From assembly GCA_024679065.1 (NCBI GenBank), contig JAGIQG010000011.1, forward strand, positions 44,950,001 to 45,014,000: a DNA stretch of 64,000 bases, given 5' to 3'. Below are positions 1 through 10,555 of this stretch, one piece after another. The position numbers and the translations under genes are program-made. Origin of the DNA: Sphyrna mokarran (Eukaryota). Under the pieces are notes generated by a model. That model saw nothing but the letters and a program-made list of their open reading frames with translations. It was not told the origin of the DNA and searched no databases. Numbering within the stretch: the stretch's first letter is position 1; every line of letters begins with the position of its first letter.

Positions 1-269
1 ACTTATCTCAGTTTTTGTTTAAAAGCCGTTGTATGTCTGTCAGAAATGACCTCTGACTGAAGGTCATCGAGCTGAAATGTGAATTTATTCCCAGCTCCTA
101 TTTGACTTGCAGAATGTTCCTGGCATGTTCTGGTTTTTTATTTCAGATTTCCAGCCTCACTAGTATTTAGCTTTTGTAATTGATTTCAAATCTAAATGTT
201 CCTAAACTTTCACGTAGACCAAATGTGTAACAGAATTAGGTGAAAAGAAAAGAGAGAAGAAGAGATCAA

Positions 270-1175
270 ATAATTACAGAGCAGTCAGCCTAATCTCGAT
301 AGTGGGGAAAAATTCAGAAAGGTTCTGATGAACAGTCGAAATTATCATTTGGAAAGGCAGAGATTAATCAAGGACAGGCAGTGTAGATTTGTTAAGGGGA
401 GGTCATGTTTGATTAACTTGATTGGATTTTTTGAGGATGTGACAAGGAGAGTGAATGAGGGTGGCCTATCTCATGTTATCTTCATGCATTTTAGCCAAGC
501 ATTTGAAAACGTTCCACACGGTGGCAAAGTCTTTGTTATTCAAGCATGTTCAAGCTGTTGGTGACTTTGACATGGTCAAAATAGTAAAAATCCATGAGAT
601 TTTAAATCTCATGGAAATTAACTAGTCAAATCCAAAATTGGTTCAATGACTGGAGCAAAGGGTAAAGGTCAAGAGATACATTTGTGATCAGAAGTGTTTC
701 AGTGGGGCTCCACAGGGTTCACAGTTCCATGTTTGCTTATATATCAATGATTTTGATTTAAATACAGGGACATGAATTCAAAGTTTGCAGATGTTATGCA
801 CAATGTCCATGTTGTTGATATTGAGGAGGAATGATGTGGACAGCAAGTAATTATGGATTGACTGATAGGTGATAAGAAAGAGGCAAATGGAAACCAGTGT
901 AGAGAAAAGTGAGGTGGGGAAGGGGGAAATGGTGCAATGGGGGCAGGGGTTCCAGATAAGTGGGAAAATACAGAGGAATGGAGGGACCTTGGAGTGTAGG
1001 TCTTCAGATCAATGGATATAGCAGAGGAAGTTAATAAAGTCTACAGGATACTTTCCTTAATTAACCCCAGGATAGAATCTAAGAATAGGGAGGTAGGTCA
1101 TGAATTCTGCCACAGCTAGAACATTGCACAGAGTTCTAGTTAACTCTTTACAAAAGCAATGTGATGGCAGTAGAT
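270..1175 (+). mobile_element. Decayed CR1-type LINE fragment (reverse transcriptase region)
   Basis: ORF 328..564 reads RFVKGRSCLINLIGFFEDVTRRVNEG...MHFSQAFENVPHG, matching the CR1 RT motif GFxKGRSCLTNLxxFFExVT...YxDFSKAFDKVPH. The downstream part is frameshifted. Confidence 0.85.
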
Positions 1176-1221
1176 GTTGTCAGCCCACCCTCAACCACAA
1201 TGCCACCATGCCACCCTCACC

Positions 1222-3027
1222 ATGAAGGTGAGAAGGTGAGGAGGGTGTGAAAAAGGTGAAGAGTATAAGAATGAGGAGGGTAAGGGGGTGAATGAGGGTG
1301 GTGAAGGAATTAAAATGGATGAGAAGGGTGAGGATGAGGAGGAAGAAGATAAGTGAGGTGAGGAGTGTGAAGGGTGAGGAGTGTGAAGGTGAGGAGGATG
1401 AAGAGAGGGGTGAGGGTGAGAATAGTGGGGGACTAGGATCTGGGTGAGTTGGATGAAGAGCATGAAGAGGGTGAGGAGGGTAAGTGTGAGGAGAGTAGGT
1501 GTACAAGTGAGGAGGGTGAGGGTGCTGAGGGTAATGGTGTGTGTGAGAGAGGTTGAGAGCAAGGGTGAGAAAGTGAGGATGGAGAGGAAGAGGGTGAGGA
1601 TGTGTCAGGTTGTGAGGGTGAGGAAGGTGAGAGTGTGTAGGAAGAGGAAGGTGAGGAGGCTAAGGAAGGGGAGGTTGAAGATGAGGAAGGTTAGAGTGTG
1701 GATGGTGAGGGTGCAGAGGTTGAAGGTAAGGGTGTGGCAGGTGAGGAGGGTGAGGGTGAGGAGGGTGAGTATATGGATGGGTGTGAAGGTGAGGAGAGTG
1801 ATGGTGAGGAGGGAGAAGGTGAGGAGTGTGAGGGCTCGATGAGTATGTGAAAGTGAAGAGAGTGAGAGTGAAAAGGTGACAGTGAGGTGGCTGAGGGGAT
1901 GAAGATGAAGATAATGTGGGGGAGAGGATGGTTAAGGTGAAAAGGGTGAGTGTGAGGATAAGGATAAGGAGTGTGAGAGTGAGGAGGGTGAGGGTGAGGA
2001 GGGTGAGTGATCCTCAGCCATTTATATACTCTTTATACACCAATGACTGTGTGGCCAAATTCCCCTCCAACTCAATTTTCATGTTTGCTGACAACAACAC
2101 TATAGTGGGTCCGATCTCAAACAGCGATGAGATGTGGTACAGGAATGAGATAGAGAATCTGGTGAACTGGTGCAGCAACAATAATCTCTCCTCAATGTCA
2201 ACAAAATGAAAGAGATTGTCATTGAGTTCAGGAAGTTTAGTGAAGGACATACCCCTATTTACATCAACAGGGACAAAGTAGAAGGGGTCAGGAGCTTCAA
2301 GTTTTTAGGTGTCCAGATCACCAACAACCTGTCCTGGTCCCCCATGCCTACACTATAGTTAAGAAAGCCCAGCAATGCCTCTATTTTCTCAGAAGACTAA
2401 GAAAATTTGGCATGTCCGCCATGACTCGTGCCAACTTTTACAATTGCACCATAGGAAGCATTCTTTCTCATTGTATCACAGCTTGGTATGGCTCCTGCTC
2501 TGCCAATGACTGCAAGAAATTAGATAGGGTTGTGAACGAAGCCCAGTCCATCACGCAAACCAGCCTCCCATCCATTGACTCTGTCTACACTTCCCAGTAC
2601 CTTGGAAAAGCAGCCAGCATAATTAAGGACCCCACTCATCCCAGACATTCTCTCTTCCACCTTCTTCTGTCCAGAAAAAAATATAAAAGTTTGAAGACAT
2701 GTACCAAGAACAGCTTCTTCCCTGCTGCTGTCAGACTTTGAAATGAACTTACCTTGCATTAAGTTGATCTTTCTCTACACTCTAGCTATGACTGTATCAA
2801 TACATCCTGCATTCTCTCCTCTCCTTCTCTATAAACGGTATGCTTTGTATAGCGCAAGAAACAATACTTTTCACTGTATCCCAATACATGTGACTATAAT
2901 AAATCAAAGGAGGATGACGGTGAGGAAGATGACGAGGATGAGTATGAAGGGGCTGAGGGTGAGGATGAAGGTGGGGAGGGTAAGAATGAGGGTGAGGAGG
3001 ATGAGTGTGAGGAGGATGAGTGTGAGT
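1222..3027 (+). repeat. Purine-rich (GTGAGGAGG-like) low-complexity array upstream of Dlx2, split by a LINE insert at ~2010-2908
   Basis: Degenerate gtgagg/gaggagggtga/gatgagg units at 1222-2009 and 2909-3027, with almost no C on the + strand. Confidence 0.95.
2010..2908 (+). mobile_element. 5'-truncated Rex1/Babar-type LINE (RT C-terminus and 3' tail)
   Basis: Translates as YSLYTNDCVAKFPSNSIFMFADNNTIVG...EIENLVNWCSNNNLS and NFYNCTIGSILSHCITAWYGSC...KAASIIKDPTHP...NSFFPAAVRL. Ends in a TAATAAATCAAA tail. Confidence 0.85.
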
Positions 3028-3029
3028 TG

Positions 3030-3130
3030 TTCTCAGTCGCCCGGCTCCGCCTCTCCGCGCAATAGGGTATGCCGATTGGCTGTTACTTAGCAACCTGGCT
3101 TCAGGCTGCGGTGCGGGTGCTTTAATGCTG
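3030..3130 (+). promoter_or_regulatory. Dlx2 proximal promoter
   Basis: CpG-rich segment right after the array. Contains ATTGG (inverted CCAAT) 3075-3079, RFX X-box-like GTTACTTAGCAAC 3082-3094 and TTTAAT at 3121. The TSS itself cannot be seen. Confidence 0.55.
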
Positions 3131-3454
3131 AGTGTGGGAAGCTGCGGGAGAATTTACACAATCCAGGCAGCGCTGAGTGTGTCTCACACAGCTTCAGAGC
3201 ACTGAGACTGAGCCCGCACCGAGTGCACAGCCTTCAGTCTCACTGCACCGAGTGGGAGTCTCAGAGCCTCACTGAACAGAGTGCAGAGCATTGAGTCTCC
3301 CAAAGATTCACTGAGCACCAAGTCTCAGAGCACTGAGTCTCAACCAGCACGGAGAGAGTCTCATAGAGCTGCAGAGACTCCCGGAGTCTCCCAGAAATGT
3401 TCTTCAGAACAACGGTCACTTCTTTCTGAGCGGAGATTTGTGTTTTCTCTAACA

Positions 3455-3776
3455 ATGACCGGAGTGTTTGACAGCCTTGCTGCAGATATGCATTCCAACC
3501 AGATTACCTCCAGTTATCACCCCATGCACAAGTCACAGGAATCTCCAAACCTGCCAGTGTCCACTGCAACTGACAGCAGCTATTACAGCGGGCAGCAACA
3601 ACCGCAGCACGGCCCCTGCGCCGGCTCACCTTATGGACAGCTCAACTACCAGTTCCATGTCGGGAACATGAACAACCTTTCGTACAGTGCCAAATCCTAC
3701 GAAATTAGTTATTCCAATTGTTACAACTCCTACGGTTCCTACGCTTCGAGCAATTCGCCGGCAAACACTGATGTGG
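3455..3776 (+). CDS. DLX2: Distal-less homeobox 2, coding exon 1
   Basis: ATG at 3455; MTGVFDSLAADMHSNQIT...HKSQESPNLPVSTATDSSYY is the Dlx2 N-terminus. Phase-1 donor G|GTAAGT at 3777. Confidence 0.97.
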
Positions 3777-3785
3777 GTAAGTTAG

Positions 3786-4124
<339 letters not shown>

Positions 4125-4293
4125 TAGCGTCTCAAAGAACCAAGCAATTCTTTGAGCTCGATTAACTTAGTCCACTCGTTTAAGGAATACACTAAACTTT
4201 TGCAATGTAAGTGTTTCTAAACACTTTGTACATGTTTTCCTAACACATTTTCCTAACACAAATGTTTTCCAAACTTTTTTTTGCAAAATCTAG

Positions 4294-4593
4294 GTAAAAA
4301 TTTGGTTCCAGAATCGCCGGTCTAAATTTAAGAAAATGTGGAAAAATGGAGAAATGTCAAAGGAGCAGAATCTAAGCACCGATGAGTCTCCCCCGTGCAG
4401 CTCTCCTCTAGCCTGGGACTACTCTCCTCATCAGAGAATTAACAACAACTCCAGCCTCACACAGAACAACGGGCCGCCCGCGGCCTTCCTCGGGAACTAC
4501 TCCTGGTATCCTGGTTCAAACAGCGCTTCACAGATCCATTCAACCCCCATCCTTCAACATCAGCCCACTATTAACCCGGGAGCAATATACTGA
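4294..4593 (+). CDS. DLX2: Distal-less homeobox 2, exon 3
   Basis: Acceptor tAG ends at 4293. Encodes VKIWFQNRRSKFKKMWKNGE...SPPCSSP..WDY...AFLGNYSWY...GAIY; TGA at 4591-4593. Total 267 aa. Confidence 0.97.
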   Translation, partial: VKIWFQNRRSKFKKMWKNGEMSKEQNLSTDESPPCSSPLAWDYSPHQRINNNSSLTQNNGPPAAFLGNYSWYPGSNSASQIHSTPILQHQPTINPGAIY

Positions 4594-5150
4594 GCCCAGA
4601 GTACTTACTGCCACTGGTTAGAGACTGATAAAGCCTTCCTAAAACAAGGACAATTCAAGTGTTTGCAAACAAACATTGTTTTTTGAATAAACTGCAAGTA
4701 CCGTCCTTCATAATGTTTGTAATTACTGGTGCCTTTCAAATGACCTCATTTTCTGAAGGGACGGTGTGGTATTAAGGTGAACTGTAGACAGTTCAGTGCT
4801 CGATATTAAAGTTCGCTATGTTAGATGATCGTAAATAATCTGTAAATAATTGCATTCTTTCGTGCAGAACTACCTGAATACGAATGTGCATCTATTGGAT
4901 TATTTGTTGTGATATAAACCATGTTACTATTGTGTTACTTTTGTAGCGGCGCCAATGATGTCCTGAGTTCTGAGTTACTGTACCATTGATATGTATTCGT
5001 TGTTTCAACACTACATTTAAAGGTTTTTTTTTGAAATTGTGCTACTGATTTTTCCACAGACCATAGATTTGGAAAAATAACTATTTTTATTTATTCTATA
5101 AAAACGACTTCTTTACAGTGTTGCTTTTATGAAAAGAAATATATTATTTA

Positions 5151-5156
5151 AATAAA
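5151..5156 (+). other. Probable Dlx2 polyadenylation signal
   Basis: AATAAA ending an AU-rich ~560-nt 3' UTR, followed by T/GT-rich sequence. Confidence 0.55.
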
Positions 5157-8089
5157 TATTGTTTAACTGTTATTTCTATTGTTGCTAGTTTAATGACAAA
5201 CCTTTGGGCGAAGTAATTTTTATTAAAAAAGGAGAGAACGTTTCTTTTGATTTTAGTTGAGTGGTTTTATTTAAGCAAATCTCCCAGTAATGGTCCAAAG
5301 AATTGGAACGTTGTCTAAATGTCTACCAGCAGTAAGATGCCAGTTCGGGATGACACAAGTGCTGTAGTTTAATTGTGTGTTACTAACGTGCAGGCTAGAA
5401 TTCTTACAACAGAGTACTTGTTTTGCAGATTAAAGATCTGTACGAATTGCGGCGGCAATTCTTTCGTGCAGACAGACATCAGTCAACCGCATATTCTCTA
5501 CATTAGACCCTGCTCCTCCTGAGAGCTGGCGCCCGACAAATTTATCTCATAAATATTCCCTCTGACGTAACTGTTGGCGAAGCAGGTTGGAAGTGGAATA
5601 ATGAGTTGTTATCGAAATTCCCTCTAAGTGTGTTTTGTGAGTAGGTTATTCGGGAGAAGGTCGAGATGTCCAGTTTGGCCGCAGTGACTTGCGTTCTCAG
5701 CTGGGACACACAACACATTCTCACGCAGGACAATTGTGTCCAGAGGTACATCCCCACTGTAGTGGCACCCTGTTTTCACATTTCACTCCCAACTCTCCGC
5801 CGTCGGCGAAGCAATTTTTCCCAGTTCAAAGCAGGGTGAATAATTAATGTGCATAATAACCACTTGAAAGAATCTCAAAGAAGACTTAACATTGTCACTG
5901 AAACTAAATGGATGACAAAGTGCTGGAAAAAGATCGCCCCCCACCCCCCCTCCCAACCTTTGGATTTTAGTTAACAACAAGACAACTTTTCTTTTCCCGA
6001 GACTTGCATGTAGTTGATGATTAACAGAAGCCCAAGTCTCTGGCCTCAGGCGGAGAGTTTAACACTGGTTGTTAAAGGCACGCAAAGGGTATTGGCATGT
6101 GAGTTTCGAGGGGCTAGCTTGGCTCAGGAGTGAGTAGACAAACTGGAGACAGAGCTTCTCTCTGTAGATTTTTTTTATTAACCACGAGAGGCACAAATCG
6201 GCTGAAATGGCCCCGAGCAAACCACTTGTAAGCGCAGTTAACAGCGAAACCACAGAAACAGACCTCTCTGATCCTGTTGGAGTTTTGTTTACTGAAGAGC
6301 TTTGCCTTTGGGCCGGTGGGGGGTGGAGGCAGGGTTGATTCTTAATATTAAATTCTATCGGAATATCCATATAAAATGGGAGCTGCACACATTCCAGCAC
6401 GTGTTCCTGTTGTTGGTAGATAGAAACCCTCCCGATTCAATTAGTTTGACAGCACATTACCTGAGCTTCAGGGCAGCATAATGTGCAACAATGAAACAAT
6501 GTCTGTAATAAAAATTGGACACAAACGGATTTCACTGTTCCACACCCTAATGCGGCGAGCACCGTCAGCTGAACCTCGTGATCATGAAAACACAATCGTA
6601 TAGTTTGCAAAACATCTAGATATAAACGCGTCGTCTTTACATCAACATTAACCCGTCAGAACTCGCACAGAACCGGGCGCCTGTTTTTCGATGGTAGAAT
6701 ATTCGGGCTGTAAATGGTCGGTGTTAGATTATCTCCCGTTGCCGAATAGACACATTATTGACAAGGGGAACTACCCTCTGATACAAATCTGTGCATTTTC
6801 AATTTTTTCACAAAACAGCGGTTCTTTGTTAATAGAAACTGCAATAACAACTACAATCTGAAAAATGGTCTGATACACGGTCGAGTTATTTTTAAGGAAT
6901 ACACGGTAGCAGCAAATATAGTAGTTTCAGCTGATATGTTAGTAAACTTATTTAGACTGATCTCTTAATCGGGTCTAAAGTGCGGAAAAAATATAATTCT
7001 TACAACATTCCGTTCGATTGTCTAACCCTTTATTTTGTTCTTGTAATTGACCAGATAACACAGAAATAACCAAAGGATAGGATTCCCCGAATACTGTTTA
7101 CATTTCTTTAATATAATTTCCTGTTTGGTTTAATACATATGGGTGTAATCGAGACGTCTGTGTTTTATTTAGGAAACAGGGGGACCGTCTATGTTCGAAA
7201 TTGTAATCAATAGAATCAAAACAATGTGTTTGATTAGGAATCAATGATTTAAACTGGCAACGCTGAAATATTGTATGTGCTGGGGTGGATTATATTAGTT
7301 AACGTCGCAGTTTCTATTAAAAGGGGGCGAGTGCCGTCTTTTCTAACTAGCTTGTTCAGAAGCTCTGTAATAAAGCATTTAATAAACGTCGAAGGTCACC
7401 AGTTATTTTCCTCGTAAAATCTGATGCATTTTAAAAAGAATTGGGCAGCATAATGGAATATAGAAAAATTGTTAGGGAATGTGCCCTGTGGTCTGTGTAC
7501 ACACGGAGAGAAAAAAAAGTCCTTTGAAAATATTCGATTCGTCGTTAAAGCTGAACGAAACGTAAAAAATGATTTGCTAAATGACATAGTGATTAGGGCG
7601 TCGTGTATATTATTTAGATCTTATCGACACTGATAAGGTAAGGCATAACATGGCTCTAGAAAAATATCGACTGAAAGAATCATTTCTATTTTGTAAGATT
7701 GGCTCACTGATTGTGTTAAAGATCTGCGGGATTTCTAGCTCGACAGGGCGAGCAGAAGTACTAAAAGTCCAATCCTTTTCAGGAATAAGGCCGTACTTTG
7801 TCAGTTGATTGCTGCGTTACAAGATGTTCCCCTTTTCTTCCCCGGGGCTGTCACGTTGAGACTCTTACAAGAATACCCTGGGGATGGTATAACTAGGGAT
7901 ATCCGCACTGCCAGACAAGCCGACCCCTTTTTGATATCTGACACATCCATTCCTATCTATAGGTTGTGTGTGTGGGGTGGGAGGACGGTGGGGGGGGGAG
8001 GGGTGGTGTCTCCATTCTGACTGGGGAAAGAGATATATAATAAGAAGTTCAAATAGTTGCTAGATTGAGGCGCGCCCTCAGACAATCTT

Positions 8090-8760
8090 ATGTCATGTGG
8101 TAGAGTCACTTCCGGAATCCTGGGCAGTCAATTTGGACATTTTTTTAGAATTTCCTCTCTAAACTTCGCACTGAAACACAACTGTAATTTTAACCACATT
8201 CGCTCGAGTTTGAGCTTGCCGGCTNNNNNNNNNNNNNNNNNNNNNNNNNNNNNNNNNNNNNNNNNNNNNNNNNNNNNNNNNNNNNNNNNNNNNNNNNNNN
8301 NNNNNNNNNNNNNNNNNNNNNNNNNNNNNNNNNNNNNNNNNNNNNNNNNNNNNNNNNNNNNNNNNNNNNNNNNNNNNNNNNNNNNNNNNNNNNNNNNNNN
8401 NNNNNNNNNNNNNNNNNNNNNNNNNNNNNNNNNNNNAATAGCTTGAATTGCATGGTAAACCGGCTGTTCGACATTTTTTTTAAAAAATTGCTCATAATTT
8501 CGAAAGATTACCAAGTTGTGGAGAGCAGAATGTCATCAGCGTAATGAAGAGTAAACATTTATGCTAATAATCTGCAATTTTTTCATCAGCTATAAAGACA
8601 GAGGCTATAGCAGAAATGCAATCATATTCTGCAGCCGCGTCCTGATTCCCAGCCTTTTAGAGAGGAGCTTTAGTGGATCTACCGGCAGAAACACACACAT
8701 CAGATGTATTTTTCTCCCCCCCCTTATCTCAATAGCAAAACCTGACACCATGACTTAGTT
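8090..8760. promoter_or_regulatory. Probable I12a intergenic enhancer, interrupted by an assembly gap
   Basis: Lies between Dlx2 and I12b, is dense in homeodomain sites (AAAAAATTGCTCATAATT, TTTATGCTAATAATCTGCAATT) and is TE-free. Identity is inferred from position and partial recall. Confidence 0.55.
8225..8436. other. Assembly gap (212 N)
   Basis: Run of N. Confidence 1.
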
Positions 8761-9759
8761 TAAAAAAAGGCCGACCAGGTTGTCTGAAAGGAACAAGGTA
8801 AGGGGATCAACTACTTTCTCTATAGTCAGTATGTTTAAACAGCATTCAAATAATATGGGGTCCTTACAGTGAGCTATACAGTTCCAAATAGATGGGCTAA
8901 TGCAAAGAGGGAACAAATTCTTGCGTTAAACGCGGAACGGGAAACTAGGTGTGGCGACGGGTATATGATTAAACCATTTTTACGAAGGCATACACATCTG
9001 GAGATGTCGCTAACAGTCTCCTAAAGGATTGCAGTGACGGATTTATTTTAAATGTTTCTATTCACTAACCGACACTAATCAGAGATTCTGGGCTATCACT
9101 CAGCCCCATATTTTGCCGCAAATTCTGTCGGAGATTTGAATCTTACAAAACGTTTTCTTATCATTTAACTCATAGCCATGAACAATGAATGTTTTTGCTC
9201 GGCGGTTGCTGTATTTTACGATGTAACCACCTCCCCCGTGTTAGCACACAAGATGCTGCATATCTAATTATATTTTAAACATGTTTCTAGATACAATGCG
9301 AAAATGTGTACCTTGCTAGAAAAAAAACGAAAGTTGTTATTCATATGATATGTCCCTGTAGATTCTGCTGTTTGTTAATGATGTTTGTTATCAGAGAAGG
9401 CCGTATTGCTATACGTAGAATTTACTTCTTGGAATTTTCCGTAGGTCGCTAACGGATTTTCCCTCCAGGGACTGTTTGAGACTATCTTAAACACTCTAAC
9501 TACGGAGGAAAAAGTATTTTTTAAAAAGTAGGATGGAATGATTTCCATTTGTGGAAATAGTAAACACATGCCGACTTGTCGCATCGGGAACTTTAAAAAC
9601 ACAACCTTTACCTGCCTGGTTTTCCTTTGCAACAAAATTGACATCTGTGTAACTTTGGCCATTAGACGTTAAAGAAAGGTGGGCGAGAGATCAGTGTGCT
9701 AGAGCGAGAGAGAGCGCTCGTTGAGCATTTTCCTTTACTCTATCTTTTCATCGCGTCTT

Positions 9760-10112
9760 ACTAATTTTGAACAGTTCCCTATTGACAATTCTTCTCCATA
9801 CACCTGCAAGCAATTTGCAGACCTCATGACAAACGGAGTTCCGAATTTCAAAGATGGAAAGCACACCTATTTCAGTTTAGTGCTTCTTTCTCAATGCTAT
9901 TCAAATTTGGCTTTCACTGCAACCTCTTTTGTTAATGCAAAGATTCCCCGGGCGAAAAAAAATTGCTCATAATTACCCCAATGATACGAAACTACATTAG
10001 AATAAATAAACTCAAAATTACTGTAATTATAGTCCGTTTGATGGCCTCGGCTTGTAATCAAGTAGAGAATATAGCTCAATAATGCCGAGCCTCTTGCTTG
10101 CAGCTGTATGCG
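9760..10112 (-). promoter_or_regulatory. I12b forebrain (GABAergic lineage) enhancer orthologue
   Basis: The minus strand reproduces, in order, blocks recalled from mammalian I12b: CAGCTGCAA, TTGATTACAAGCCG, ATAATTACAGTAATTT, TTTATTTATTCTAATG, GGTAATTATGAGCAATTTTTT, GCATTAACAAAAGAG, TGAAAGCCAAATTTG, GCAAATTGCTTGCAGGTGTATGGAG, TTGTCAAT. Confidence 0.88.
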
Positions 10113-10459
10113 CGCTTGGGAGCTTTTGGCAGAATACATTCATTTGTTCTTCGCTAAGCCGCAAGCTTCATTTACAGAAAAAAGTTTTTCCTAAAACGCT
10201 ACGCACCTTCCTTTTCCCAATCTTAGTCCTCCCAAAAAGGTTATAACCGTTAAGCTTGAACACGAGATTTAACCGTCCGCCTTTTAGTCTATGGAACATT
10301 CTCAGCCCGAGATGCTGATCAATTCGTTTAAATTAAAACGTCTTAGCACTTGTGTGTAATAACCGGCGCCGCTTCAATCCATTTACAATGTATTCGACAA
10401 TTTTTCTTAGAATGAATGAATTATATATAAACATTGTATATTCCATTACAATGGAATAT

Positions 10460-10555
10460 ACTTTCCCTTTCCCACAGATGCTGTCAGCCCTGCTGAGATT
10501 TTCCAGCATTTTCTGTTTTTGTTTCCCATTCCAGCATCTGCAGAATATTGCACGC
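10460..10555 (+). mobile_element. Short interspersed shark repeat (CACAGATGCTG...CTGCTGAG...CCAGCATTTTCTG family, possibly Penelope-associated)
   Basis: Related copies occur at ~50-175 (+), ~50755-50820 (+) and ~63277-63355 (-). Confidence 0.7.

Noticed and set aside
1180-1842. R/V-rich and H/P/L-rich ORFs on both strands
   Set aside because: Translations of the GTGAGG array.
3281-3454. 58-aa N-terminal extension of Dlx2 from a GTG
   Set aside because: There is no in-frame ATG, the region is repeat-like, and the conserved Dlx2 N-terminus starts at ATG 3455.
8090-8514. ORFs spanning the N run
   Set aside because: Artefacts of undefined bases.
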